DNA from: Octopus bimaculoides
Lineage: Eukaryota
Length of the DNA: 64,000 nucleotides
Reading direction: 5' to 3'
Assembly: GCF_001194135.2 (NCBI RefSeq)
Contig: NC_068981.1
Coordinates: 96,977,250 to 97,041,249, forward strand
The translations under genes and the position numbers were made by a program. The notes below the pieces were generated by a model. The model saw only the letters and a program-made list of their open reading frames with translations, did not search any database and was not told the DNA's origin. Positions 37,860 through 52,100 of the stretch are shown here, one piece after another. Position 1 is the stretch's first letter. Each line of letters starts with the position of its first letter.

Positions 37860-38357
37860 CACTGTGTAACAAAATTTTAACTTTTTTTTTGTCGTTTGTC
37901 AGTAAGTGCTATTTCCTATTTGCTCCTATCTAAAAATCAAAGGAAATGACTATTATTCCCTTCAAGCTTTGCTTTTGTGACCTGGACATCAATGTTTTGA
38001 AACTGACCTATTTACCATTACCTCTCATTCAGTGCTGATTTGGTGCTGAGTTACTGAAGAAGAAATATTATTACTGCAAATATTCTGCTCAATATCAAAC
38101 AGGTTTGCTTGTCAGTTGCTTGACCGTAACCACTTAAGCATGTCCCTTAGGGGCTGACAATATGTGCGTTTCTGATGATGAGCAGGAGTAATAGGGGAGC
38201 ATCATAGCCATGTGTTGAGAAGGATTCTTTGGGGTTTTAATAAATGTAACAAAAGCAAAGTTTGAAGGAAATATTAACCATTTTTCATACTTTTTAGAGG
38301 TAAACAAATCAGAAATAACAGTGGCTATCCAAGTACCAAAATCATGTCACACAGTGT
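37860..38357. mobile_element. MITE with long imperfect TIRs (copy 2)
   Basis: Colinear with 18272-18755 over its whole length, in the same orientation. Confidence 0.75.
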
Positions 38358-38815
38358 AATTTTAGCTGATGCTTTAATAACTATCATTGGCTACCTTCAC
38401 AAATGTAAAGACACTTTATTAGATTTGGCCTTGAAATATGCTACTATCTTGACTACATCTGTGTCAAAAATACAGTAACCAGATTTAGAGGTATGTAGCA
38501 AATATTTGTGGTACTCAGTTAATACAAATTAAAATGTTCAAATTGGTAAAGGTGGCTGGCATGAACTAGCACAACATTTATTCATCCACTTAGGCACATT
38601 GGTGCCTACTTTCAACACCTTTTGGACCAGCTGATAAGTAACTTATCAGTCAGCCTCTGGTCATATATGAGAAGAGAATAACAAGCAGAGATTATTTATT
38701 GGTTAATTATCAGCAACCCTTGCTTGACAACTGTACAGAAATAAACGTTGTACCTCACCTTTTCATAGTCAATAGTTTCCATTAATAGTCAGAAATTAAG
38801 TACACACATGCATGC

Positions 38816-38854
<39 letters not shown>

Positions 38855-38989
38855 CTCTCTCCACACACACATTCTGTCTCTCTCCTTCTTTCTCTCTCTT
38901 TCACAATTTCTTAAATCTGCAAACACAACTTGCTTTTCACTGCTACATATGGATAGCCACAAGCTTTCTTCCAACAAGCAGGTTTATTT

Positions 38990-41330
38990 TTACAACCATC
39001 AAAGTCAACCTACTGGAAACATTTACATATGACATCTTTTCTTAGAAGCAAAGTGCAAGGGGCATCAGCTATGTCTGAGATGCACCCAATATTTTGAGTG
39101 AAGTCACTTTGAAGCTCCCTCTTTTTTATCTGGTTCACACAAAATGAGTTGCAGTTTTTGACAAGCCATATATTGTCAGAATTTATGCATTTCACCTATA
39201 TTGTAGGCTCACTTTAGCCAAAGATAGCCCAAGACGAGACTTGTTTAGCACTCCACTACATATTGTGAGCAACATGATCCTGAAGAAAGAGCTAATTAAG
39301 TACAACTCTAAGTCTCGGAAGTGATTACATCAGCATTTTATTTGGGAAGGGCTTAGGTTAGCTCAATATTTCCAGGATCCTACTCAGTGTACATCAACTC
39401 CTGGAAAATAACACAGAGAGGACACTATTTTCAAAAGAATTCCTTTAATGGTTTTTGACAGATGTGCAGCTTATTCTTACATCAATTAAAGACAGTATCC
39501 TCATTGAGTAATTAGCTAAGCTAATGGAAATGTATTTTCACCCATGTTTCCAATGCAGCATATGGGAGGGATCTGTGGATCTCAGCTCTTAGGTTGCAAG
39601 TTTGACATAATGGATATAAGCATTCTCAACTCCATCAATTTTGGTAGAAGAGACCAAACTGAGAAAATAATCCTTTATGTAACTTTCATATCAGCATTCA
39701 TATACTCTCAGTTTCTGGAGATAAGAGAGATGGTAATGTCATTACCACAAGAAATTTAGCAAGAAGGGCTTTAAGTGATCATATAGACACAGGCATAGCT
39801 GTGTGGTTAGAAGTTTATTTCCCAACCACATGGTTCTAAGTTCAGTCCCATTCCATAGAACCTTGGGCGACTGTCTTCTACTATAGCCTTAGGCTGACCA
39901 AAGTTTTGTGAGTGGATTTCATAGATGGAAAATGAAAGAAGCCATTGTGTGTGTGTGTGCATGAGTGTGTACATGTGTGTGTGTGTATGTGTGCATGTGT
40001 GTGTCTTAGTGTTTGTTACAGCCTATCTCAGCATGAAGCACTTCTCTCACATGCTGGGTGGGTGTGTTTTCACTTTCTATCAGATTACAAGCTTCTAACG
40101 CATACTCTGAAGTCTAAACCTGATTGCCATTCACCAAAAGAGATCATCAACTTCAACTATATATCCCACTACACAACTAGCATCAATCATATTCAGGTAA
40201 TTGACAATGTTGCAACATATGCACTTTCGTGTATTCATATGAATATACTACACACAATTGCCTCCATCAGTTTAGATGTGGTAGCAGCTATTTAGAGAAC
40301 AGCAAAGATTTCTCCTGACTTTTGGAATTCATCACGTTCTTAAGTATTCTATCACATGTCACTTCCTTCTTCAGCTGGATATATTTAGTGTGAAATCTTT
40401 AACAGTCACAAATGTACTTTTGTGTCTCAAAGTCACTGTTGTGAGGTTTTCAATACATTCCATTGTTTGAAACACTCCGGTACCAATTCTTCAAAAAATT
40501 TGATATCAGCATGCTTCATTTGGCTTAGTATCAATAAAAAACTCAAGAATGGACTAGGATTTGCATTATATAAACAAAAAGCAAAGATACATCTCTATAT
40601 CAAGTCACCATAAGGCATCTTTGCTACACATGATGCAAAGTTTGAGCACATGTATGCTAATCTCCCAGGGTCACTTCTGCCTTCACATGGACATGGTCCA
40701 TTTGTTTCAACCAGTATATATATATCAGATGAATATGAAGTAAGTTCATTTGGAGCTCATTTATCACTAGTATCTTGTGCTACCATCAGTACTCTAGTTA
40801 TTTCTCTAATAGTAGTCAGGAAAACTAGATCAGGGCAAAACAGCTCAATTCATGCACATATTTCATTTGTGATAGAAACATATGCTTCTCACTACTTCAA
40901 AAATAAATGTTGGGTGCTATTCTTTTTGTGCAGAGAAATCCAACATGGGATTAATGTAGTGAAAACCTCATGCTATCATATTCATGACATCCCAATAACT
41001 CAAGAGCAGATCCTCAAATCGGCATTTTGTTTTCATGAACAAAAGCATAGCACCAAGCAGACTAGTGCTAACAGATGCACCTATGTCATCAGCTTCAGGA
41101 TTGATCAACTACCACATCAGTTTTTATTTTTCAACAGTTGTTTCTTGGTGGGATGAGTTCTCCAAGATATGTTTAAGACTGCTTTTAGCATTCGGGTATA
41201 AGTTCCATCTGGCTTGGATTTTAGTTTTTTGGTTTTATCCAGGCTGTTGCTCCATATAAAAGGACTAACTCTATTGTTGCACGGATCTCATTTCTTTGAG
41301 TTTATTTGTATCACATTTAACTTTCTTGTG
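38990..41330 (+). mobile_element. Heavily decayed Ty3/Gypsy pol remnant (RT, RNase H, integrase), interrupted by a SINE at about 39790-40020
   Basis: FLSDYKLLTHTLKSKPDCHSPKEIINFNYISHYTTSINHIQVIDNVATYALS resembles the RNase H end FTDHKPL...SPRE.RHL.FISQFTTDI.HI.G..NVVADALS. Integrase remnants FEHMYANLPGSLLPSHG and VKTSCYH. No LTRs recognised. Confidence 0.7.
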
Positions 41331-42619
41331 GGCATCATTTCTCTGTGTTATTTTCTTATATCAAAATTAAAGCCTCATATCATATCTCATCAACTTTTAA
41401 CATCCATTGCCCATGCTGGCATGGGTTGGATGGTTTGACCAGGGCTGGCAAGCTGAGGTGTTGCACCAGACCCCAGTCTGATATGGCATGGTTTCTACGG
41501 CTAGATACTCTTCCTAATGACAACCACTCCAAGAGTGTAATTGGTGGTTTTACATGCCACCAGCACGGGTGCCAGTTGCATGACAACAGTATCTGCCATG
41601 ACTATGATTTCCCTTGGCTTGATGGGCCTTCTAATCAAGCACAGCACATTGTCGAATGCCTTGGTTATTTGTCATTGCCTCCATGAGGCCTAAAGCTTAA
41701 AAGTGCTTTTTACATGTCACTGGCACAGGTGCTAGTTGTGTGACACCAGCAAAGGTGCTAGTTATGTGACACTGGCCACATTGCCTCTGTGAGGCCCAAC
41801 GCTCAAAAGGTGCTTTTTCCATGCCACTGGCACAGGTGCTACTCATGCAACATCAGCATTGGTCACATTGCCTCTGTGAGGCCCAACGCTTGATAGAGGA
41901 TATAAATAAAATATGTTATCAAGCAGTTTTCTTGAGCAAAACTTATAATCCCCTGCAAGTACCTGTAAAGGTTTGCAAGAATACTCTGGCATGTACATTA
42001 TTTTTTTGAAGACATAGAGTGAGATAAAAACAGTGCTGCCACAGTTAGGCTATTGATTACATGAGTTCAAAATTTGAATATTAGCTTGTAAGATTTCTAA
42101 TTGTCAAAGTATTCTATGAAAGTTGCTATTCTATTCTGAATGATCAAAGATTGTTGTTGATTAACAGCAATTGAAACAACAACTAAACCAACACTTTTTA
42201 CTCACAATGTCTTCATGTTCTAACAGATTAGAACTAGTTTTACCCTATCAGTTTGAAGCTTTTAAAAAACATTAGCTCAAAGAAGAAAGGTTTGGTGCAA
42301 ATTGACAGAATATAGATGCTGAACGAAGGCATAGGTGTGACTGCATGTTAAAAAGCTTACTTCCTATGTGGTCTTACCTTAGGTAAGTGTCTTCTACTAG
42401 AGCCTTGGACTGACCAAGGCCTTGTGAGTGGATTTGGTAGACAGAAACTGAAAGAAGACTGCTGTGTGTGTGTGTATATATATATATATGTATATACATA
42501 TATACAGTCAATAGGGGAAAGTTGGAAATAGTAATAGAAAACATGTTGCAGTGCTTTCAAAGACATGAATCTAATTTAAAAAGAAATATCTAAATTTTGT
42601 TTGATGACCAATGGATGTA

Positions 42620-42875
42620 AGGGAGACAATCAACTTATGAAAATATCTTTGTAAAGAGTTATCTCCCTTTTTCACGTAACCCAAGAACGGATGTTTTCTG
42701 CCCCCCAGGGGACCTGATACTCATTGTGTGAAAAATTTTAAGAGTCTAAAACCATCCCTGGAACATAGGATTGGAGAAAATCAGTTGAAAAATATGGCTG
42801 TTATAAACTTTTACACACGCACACACACACACACACACAACAGGATTTATATTATAGATATACACATATAGATAT
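42620..42875 (+). mobile_element. Possible non-autonomous Helitron-like element
   Basis: Internal IR aagggagac / gttatctccctt, then aaaatcagttgaaaaatatggctg, (CA)n and a tttatattatagat 3' end typical of insect and mollusc Helitron-derived repeats. Confidence 0.35.
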
Positions 42876-42968
42876 ATATAACTAAATATATTCAGGAGAT
42901 AAATANNNNNNNNNNNNNNNNNNNNNNNNNNNNNNNNNNNNNNNNNNNNNNNNNNNNNNNNNNNNNNN

Positions 42969-43016
<48 letters not shown>

Positions 43017-43849
43017 CAAATAAATTTACATAAAGCATAAAAAGTACAGAATATTAAGGAGAGAATGCATAGTCTTTTTAACTCAACAACTGTTTCTGGC
43101 AGCTTGGAATTACATAATAATCGTAATGTTCATAATATTAGCAGATGGAATGTGCAAAAAGTCATGGATATGCAACCAGGAAATAGTTGCACAGCGATAT
43201 AACCATAAAACCGGCTTCCTTCATCAGGAGAAAAATTTGTTAAAAGCAGTTCACATAGTAATGCAAGAGATTTAAGGGTTGAGGGGGGGGATGAAGGAAA
43301 AACAGTAAAAAGTAGGGAGGAGGAGGATGTAAGCAGCTTAGGTAGTGGGAATAGAGATGTAAAGGAAGAACAAGAAGAAACACAGAGTGGGGAGGGGACT
43401 GATGGTAGACAAAATGAGCTGGAAGGAGGAGGGGAGGGGTAAGTTAAGGTCAGTATGGAGAAAAGAGGCACTACTAGTGATTGGGTATGTCACTAAGCAG
43501 ACATACAGACTAACCTGGACATAAACAATAAATCAAGAAGTTGCTACATTGTAGATCAACCTGTTGGAAGTAGCAACCAAAATCCCCTCAAGACACAAAG
43601 TAACATCAATATAGACACAAAGTAACACAAATTACACACATTAACTAATGCACATCTCACACACATACAGAGTGTACTTTGCTTGAAAACAAAGTGGCAG
43701 AGACAGATGAAGGCATGGAATGGTCAGTTGCTCAAACTGCTAGAAATAGCAGCCAAAATTCCTCCAAATCACTTACACTACAGTGTTAAAAAAAAGGACA
43801 TTATTACACACTGTAGTCCATGATATACAAAAATGTAGTGTATGGATAA

Positions 43850-44275
43850 GGATAGGTGCATAAAGAAGTACCGAGCTCTAATTGTAGAGGGAGCCTGTGA
43901 AGGCAGTAGACCCAGGAAGACGTGGAATGAAGTAATGAGAAACAATCTTCGGACGCTGGCCTTCACTGAAGAAAAGACAAGAGGCTGGGAGTTATGGTGA
44001 TTTACTGTACTTGAGAAGATGCATCAAGCTAAGTAAAATTGCTGTCATCCATATATATAAGCTTGTCCTTTGCAGGTGCTGATGCCATATAAAATGCACT
44101 CGTGCTCATGCTGCGTAAGTACACCCATGACAGTGGTACATAAAAAGCACCAAGCACACTCTGCAAAGTGGTTGGCATTAGGAAGGGCAACCAGCTGTAG
44201 AAACCATGCCACAACAGATAATGATGATGATGATAATAATGATGATGATAATGATGATGATGATAATGATGATCA
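43850..44275 (+). mobile_element. RTE 3' end (ORF2 C-terminus plus tail)
   Basis: gtagagggagcctgtgaaggcagtagacccaggaagacgtggaatgaagt parallels 11640-11700; ends in (gat/aat)n. Confidence 0.75.
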
Positions 44276-45379
44276 CAACTGCAATGCCTTTTATCATAGA
44301 AGTGTCTAAGTAGAGCTAACCTGGGCCTAAATGACTATAATTAAGAGAGCATTGATGTAATAACCAATGACTAAGTTTCACTGGCCATTCCAAATCACAC
44401 ATCCAACATTCTTAAAAGAAGGAAACAACAGAAAATGTAGTTCTTAATATGAAAAAGGTGGCATGAAATGAACACCTGTACGTATCTTAAAATAATTTTG
44501 TTAAGAAAATCCCCATAAGAGATAAAAGCAGTATTTATACTGAGAGGTAATGTTTATTGCTACCTAAACATGAATGTTCTTTAAGAATGAATGATATTGC
44601 TATTTTAACCCCAGGAGAATGCCAGAACATTCTCTCACCGTTTGCAATACACATCGAGTGTAAAGTACACTGAATAACCAACTAGAGGAGGCGTCCTCCT
44701 GGGATTAAAATATCAGTATTGTCTATTCTTATAGAACACCCACATTTAGATGGCGATAAACATTACTTCTTAAAATAAATTTGCTTTCCAGCAGTACAGT
44801 GTATGTGTGAGAGAGTGAAACCATCATCATTATCATTAAACGTCCTCCTTCCATACTGGCATGGGTTGGACGGGTTGATAGGATCTAGCCAGGCGGGAGC
44901 CTATGCCATGCTTCTGAGTGTGTTTTGGCATGTTTTTTTTTACGGCTGGATGCCCTTTCTAACACCAACCATTCCGTAGAGTGGGCTGAGTAGGAAAAAG
45001 AAATTATAAGACAACAGAATCTATAAAGCTAATTGCAAACGGAGAGACGTGGGAATGGTAGGGAGAACTGGTGGAAGTTGATCGAAAGAATATTTGTGAA
45101 AGTGGAACATGAGACCGGCGTTGGAAAAAGTGTTCATTGCAATAGAAAGTAGCACAAAATCTAATGTCAATAGGCTACATAGGCAAAACGTAATATCCAC
45201 GTTAAATACGATATCTTTAAAATAGCGTGTTAGCACTTATATAAAATTATTGTAATTTACGTAGCAAAGAGAGAAAGAGAAAGAAGTGAAGAGAAAAGAG
45301 ATAGAAAACATGTACCCATGCGTATGACTCTTACATGAGTGCCATAAACGGGTAAATATTCGATTGAAATGTAAACGTC

Positions 45380-45448
<69 letters not shown>

Positions 45449-46566
45449 TTAAAAAAGCGTGGGAATGAGTGACAGAAATACGTGCGAGTATTCAAAAAGT
45501 AGAGACAAAGTGGAAGGCAGATAAAAAGAGGAGAGAAGGGAAATGAAAAATGTGTAAGGGACAGGAAGAGAGTTGAAGGTCTCTGAACAAAGACAGAGTG
45601 GGAGCGAGTAGGAGTGTCAGACATGCCAGCATGAATATTGACGAGGTACGAAGTGATTATAAGAGAAAGAAGGGAAGAAGAGAAAGAGGTATGGTGATAG
45701 TGTTAATGAGAGAAGGGGAAAGGAGTGAAAACTGACATGTATTAGAGAAGTAGAGAAAATAAGGGTGAAATATGCGAAGGAATAAATAGAAAGAATGAAA
45801 ATGAAAAGAGAGGACTACAATGTTAAAGAAAAAGAGAAAAGTGATAAATGGCGGAAGGTGGGGAAGAGGACTGAAAAAACATATTTGATAGATTCAAAAG
45901 ATTGGAAGAATGAAATTGAAGAACTAGAAAGATGGAAACAGAAGAAGAAAGAGATCGTCTGATAAAGAATTGGGCAACAGTGGAAGAAAGTAACAGAATA
46001 AAAGAGAGAGAGGTAAACAGAAAGAGGTGGTATGATAACGAAGAAAACAGAGAGAGAAGGGGTAGCATGGTGGAAGTAATATGATATAGAAGAGAGAGAC
46101 AGAGAGGGGATGATGAATGAAAGAAGACAAAAGTAGAACTGGAGAGAGAGAGCAAGACTAGAAATGAACAAATACGCCAACTGTTCTAAAATAAATATAG
46201 AAAAAATGTTTGTAAAATGTATAACAATTAAGATTGCTACAAAGGAAAAATGGGCTAATAATTGTAGAAAGTCCTTCCTGTGTTCATTTCATAAATATCT
46301 TATCTAATCGCATCCTCACACACTGTTGTTATAATTTATCATTCCTATTCCTCTTTATCGATTGAAATTGTTTATTCACCTGACTAAGAGAATATTCATC
46401 CAGCCGTACAGCTACAATCTGAGAGAGAGAGAGACAGAGACAGAACAAATGAAAGTTATGAGCGAGCAAGGAAGAACACCACAGAAAATGAGGAATCAAC
46501 GAGAGCTTGAACTCGGTCGTTTGGCGTGTTAGAAATAGTAACCAAATCTCTCTTAAGTTACAGCCA

Positions 46567-46942
46567 ACTGTTGTTGTTGGCACTCCGTCGCTTACGACGT
46601 CGAGGGTTCCAGTTGATCCGATCAACGGAACAGCCTGCTCGTGAAATTAACGTGCAAGTGGCTGAGCACTCCACAGACACGTTGTACCCTTAACGTAGTT
46701 CTCGGGGATATTTAGCGTGACAGTATGACAAGGCTGACCCTTTGAATTACAGGTACAACAGAAAGAGTGAGAGAAAGTTGTGGTGAAAGAGTACAGCAGG
46801 GTTCGCCACCATCCCCTGCCGGAGCCTCGTGGAGCTTTTAGGTGTTTTCGCTCAATAAACACTCAACGCACGGTCTGGGAATCGAAACTGCGGTCCTATG
46901 ACCGCGAGTCCGCTGCCCTAACTGGGCCATTGCGCCTCCACA
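46567..46942 (-). mobile_element. SINE family C, full-length
   Basis: Head (minus) gtggaggcgcaatggcccagttagggcagcggactcgcggtcataggaccgcagtttcgattcccag through to the caacaac tail. Confidence 0.88.
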
Positions 46943-49116
46943 CAGCCAACTGTGACATTGGATAATATAGGCCTAGGTATATTGTCTTACAAAATAAAAG
47001 ACAGAATGGTTACGGCTAGAGTGCTTTTGACTATCATAGGATTATTTGATCTTGCTAGACCTGAAGTTAAATAAGTTAACGTGGCTTCATATCAAAAGTG
47101 AGATATATTTAACGCGATATTTTAAAGGTGAAAAATACAGTAACATAGCGGTTCGGCAAAATATACTGACAGAATAAGTACTGGAGTCGATTTGTATGAT
47201 TAAAGCCTTTATGACGGTACCCCAGCGTGGTCATAGTCCAATTACTGACAACATAAGATAAACGGTAACGGATTAAAGTATTAGGTCAAGTTAAGAACCG
47301 ATTATCTATTGAGATAATCGTGTAGTTATTTTAAATCTTGAAAAGGACATGAACGTTAATACTCTGGGCAATATAGCGGAATACTCATTAATGAATATTT
47401 TCTCTAGTATTTGTTTCTTATATGTGGACAAGGTTTAGGATAATGGAATGGTTTTGCCAAAGAATTGGCGGCATAAAGTGAAACGGCTTCAATCAGAGTT
47501 GAAATTAGGTCACCAAAAGATTCTAGAATAATAAATTACTGAGACAGATCTTACTATTACTACTACAAGTAAAATCTGTATATCAGACCGTGCTAAAATG
47601 CAGTTGGCATTTGGACAGAAATGGAGTGATACAAAATATGTGATTATTGGGTGAAGCGATACGGAAAGAGAGAAGGAAAGACAAATACAGATGAAGACAA
47701 AAAGAATGAATGGAATGAACAGACTGATTTTAGCAAAGAGAAAGAAAACGAAAATAAACACAGTAAATAACGAGGTACCGTTAAATGATGTACGTGTCTA
47801 TGTATGTAAAGTGTGAATAAAAAGAAAATATTTAATACTAACAGTAAAATATATTTTATTGAAAGCTGAAACTTTACATATGCTTAATCGTAGTATCTAG
47901 TTTCCGATCTTGGGACGATAATTGTTCTCCCTCCTTCCTCGCATACATACAAGAGGAATAAAGACATACAGCGACAAGAGAGGTGATTTAGCCTCAGTTC
48001 AACCCTGAACGAACATATAAGATCAAAAGCGGTTCAGCCATGACCATCTCGTGATTTTTTCAAGGCATAATGTATGTAAGACTACATTATCAAATGTGTT
48101 CTTTGTGTAAAATGGCAGGGCGGGATTTGAGGGAGAGCTGACTGTTATTTCTAGCAAGTCGAGCGAGTTCGTAAAGGCTTCCTCGTTGGTTCATATGAAG
48201 TAGTGTGTAGCCCAAGTTGAAAGAAACTAATGGCTAAATGATAAAAAAAAAAAAATTGGTATGATCTGATATTTACAGAAAACAGGAGTCTAAAAGTAAA
48301 AATCTTTTGTTTCTCACTGCTTAAAAATCAAAGAAGACAATTGTACATTTGTTAACACATGCGTACCTATTGTATTTAAAGACGGCTCTGTGGGTAGGCG
48401 TGAGGTATTAGCAAATAATATTTTTATTCCCAAGCACTGGCTCTTGTTCGCAGTTGCTATGCCAACATTCTTTTCCTTTCATGTCCGTCTGGTTGGCGAG
48501 GTCAACCTAACGTTGTAGCATATGCAAGTTTAATCTATATTTGTTAACCTACTTTCCTAGCTGACAGCTTTCGGCCATATTGAAAAGTTCTCTCTACTTC
48601 GTGTCATTGTTAGGCTTTAGTAACTAATAGATATTATCTTGCTTTAGCTCACTCTTTACAGCTGCGTAACTGATCGGGAAGACATTAGAAATCCAGGTCA
48701 ATTTAGCTTGTGAAAAGTAATACTCCGTTTCTTGCAGACCAGAGTTTGCGAAAATCAATCCTTTACATAAAAAATAGAATAGCTTCTCTCAACAGCCTTT
48801 TTTTTTTCATGTTGGAAAAAAAATCTAAAAAAAAAACGAAACAATAAAGGCGTTATTTTTTATTTAAACAATTTTTTTGTATTATATATAAGAAACTGGA
48901 GTTTCGAGGAGATAGCATAATGGAAGGTTGTGGTGTTTATGCCTACCCTAAGGTTATTAGCAATTGAAAATGATTCCAATTAAAAATGAAAATGAGTCCC
49001 TGACTAAATTTACTGAGTAATTATAGTGGCGACATGGCTCAATCAGGATTAAATTACCATTTTGCGTTATGAAAATAAGCTATTTTAAAGACTTTTGCCA
49101 AATAAAAGGATAAAAC

Positions 49117-49148
<32 letters not shown>

Positions 49149-52100
49149 TAAAGGATGTATTATAACACTATTCCACATATACAAAAACAGCCATACCAAT
49201 AATCCAACATACCTCCATCATCAGCAGCCCTTTGGATATTGAATGTTTATATATATTATGTGTTTCTTGCTGTAGTTTAATTTTAAAGTTAGTTTCGACA
49301 CCTGGGCAGCACTAAAAGAAGTGTTGTTTCGGAACAAACATATCAAGGAAAAAAACACACAACTTCCAAACACATTTACCCTATGTACAAACAGTATTCA
49401 ATCTAAATATAGGCAGGATTAAATATAAACTTTGAAATTAAACAAGAAACACATAAAAAAAAAAAATATATATATATATATATATAAACATCTGAGTTTT
49501 GATCTTGATAAAACTGAAGAGTATCAGTTAAGAAGAGTTCTCAGTAATGACCATGCTGAATAATTTTGATAGGACAGCACATTCTGCCTTAAGTTGTTCA
49601 TTTTGAATATGCACGTGATAGAGAGAGGGGGGGAGGTGTTTTTAAAGGATAATTTTACATAGTGTAAGAGAAATAAATGCTTAAAATATCTCAAGAAAGC
49701 TCTGATTTCTTAATATGTGAGCAACAAATATCTCTTGGATAAGAACCCCATATTACCAGTCTGGTAACTATTCCTGATGAGGGAAATTAAGGCACATAAA
49801 ATGAAAAATTTTACTTCAATGTTCATCAATGTGCTTGCAGTGAATTTAAACAAAAGACTTCTGGGCTGAAATCCACATCACCTCGGTCTACTACACATTT
49901 TGTTAACACCAACATAGTGTAATAGTTATTGTACACTGAGGCAGAATAGTTCTTACAGAGCAGCTACAGATGTATAGAATAAAGCAAGTTCTGAGAAATA
50001 TGGGATGGGAGGGGATTATTACCACTAACAATGATGACCAAAGCACAATCACTTTTGCAGGTAATGCAAAGATTTGTTAGATCACAAAATATCTTTGACC
50101 ACATACAAAATAAACTCAAGTCATTTTGCTAATTGTCCTAAACCTCAAACACACTGAGTACTGACTCAAGGACATGCTGTTTCTTCTCTGCATCTTCGAT
50201 CACTACTTCTGCTCTTCTGAACTCACAAGCTGCATTATGGTAATGATGAAACACACCATCTAATAAAACTAGACCTGACAAATAAATTAAGTGAACAGCT
50301 ATAATTTCTACCATGAAATGTCTTGTTGGACATCTGGCTGTTTAATATTGTCAAGTATAGATATGTAAATATTACAAATCACTCATTTACTTTGTTCAGT
50401 TATAAATGTAGCAAATCTAAATTAGGGGGACTTTTATTAACATTTAACTATACATTACTACAGATTTATTAATGTTTATTTCTTTTAGCAATAAATTCAT
50501 ATACAAGTGCAATCAAGCCAATTTTGAACTTTCTTTTCAACCAATTAGATGTTGGTAAACACAAAATGGCTAACCCAACTGAACTATAGCAAAACAAAAG
50601 CAATCACAGGATTATTAAAAAAAGTTTGAGTACACAAACTTGTATGGTATAATTTTTTTAAAGTTAAACACATATATTTCATAAAACCAAAAGAGGCTAA
50701 AAATAAGAAAGATATTACTCAACCATGGCAATATTTGAGCCCAGAAATAGAAGTTGGTGAACAGCTTATAATTTCTAAATTTACCTATTGTATTAAGTTT
50801 TATATAAAGATTGTAGGTTAGTAACTTATATTTAGCTTTCTGAAGTTGTGGTGTGTATGTTGTTATAACAGCTTTTGACTTACAACATGTGGTGCAACGG
50901 TCGAAGATTAATATTAAGATTTGTTTGCTACATTAGCAAGGTAAGCAACTAACATGAATGATCCTTAATTTGCAATTGTGATTCATCCTAGTCAATTGCA
51001 GAAGCTTCTTCATTATATCTACTTATACTTAGGCCTTCAGGATTAATTTCTAATTTATAATTCCACCGGGTAATTAGTGAGATTAACTTCTTAAGTGAGA
51101 GATAAAACTCAAAAAGGAAGAGTGAAAGAAGAAAATGATTTTAAACATACTGAAAATAAGATAAAACAAGCAAATAGTATTAATTGATAAGAATAAGTCT
51201 AATTAATGACTTTCTCGTAAAAGATCAAGTAATCTGATATGGGACATAGTAAAGGAATTTGTTTAATTATGAACTTCTAATTCAAAAAGCACCAGCAGTA
51301 GATGACTGATAACAGATAAAGAACTAAGGAGTTTGTTTCCTGTCACCAGTACTGTGCTTTATACATTGTCAAGGCCTGAAACTATAAAAAGCCCAATTCA
51401 TTTTATAAGCAGGTATTCGGACATTGTAGGGTAGAATGCAAATAACATGCTTTGTTGGCTAATTGCATATATACATATATTCGTGATAGTCTTCTTTTAG
51501 TTTCTATGTACCAAATACACTCACAAGGCTTTGCTTGGCCAGGGACTATAGTGGAAGATATCTGCCCAAGGTACTGCACAGTGGGATTGAACCCAAGATC
51601 ACATGATTGGGAAGCAAGCTTCTTACTACAGAGGCATGTCTGTGCATATTCTGCATCTATATCTTGTCAATTTTCACCAAATCTTTCTTCTTCTTTAGGC
51701 AAATGATTTTTAAAGCTTGAGACTGATAGAGTAACACTTGTTCTGATCTACAGAACAGAAAAGTAGAAAATGATGATAGAAAATCATGTAAGGCAAAATA
51801 TCTAAGAAATTATTTTTTAAAAATTGCCAATTGGACTCAAGACCTACAGAAGATTGTTTTCTATCCTTAGACAGAGGTTATTATTTATTTGAATCAATCT
51901 TATATGAACTCATCTCTTCAACATAATATAGAGCAATGGTTGGCATTAGGAAGATTATCTCTTAAAAACATTCAAATATTACAGACATGGCTAAATATGG
52001 AGAATCATCTGAATATGGAGAAAACAGAGAGAGAGAGAGAGGGAGAGAGAGAGCTCATTGTACAACAGTGATCCCCCAAATTTTGGCATCACAGACCAGT

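Noticed and set aside
45815-46180. F/L/S-rich membrane-protein-like ORFs
   Set aside because: Compositional artefact of the polypurine/polypyrimidine tract.
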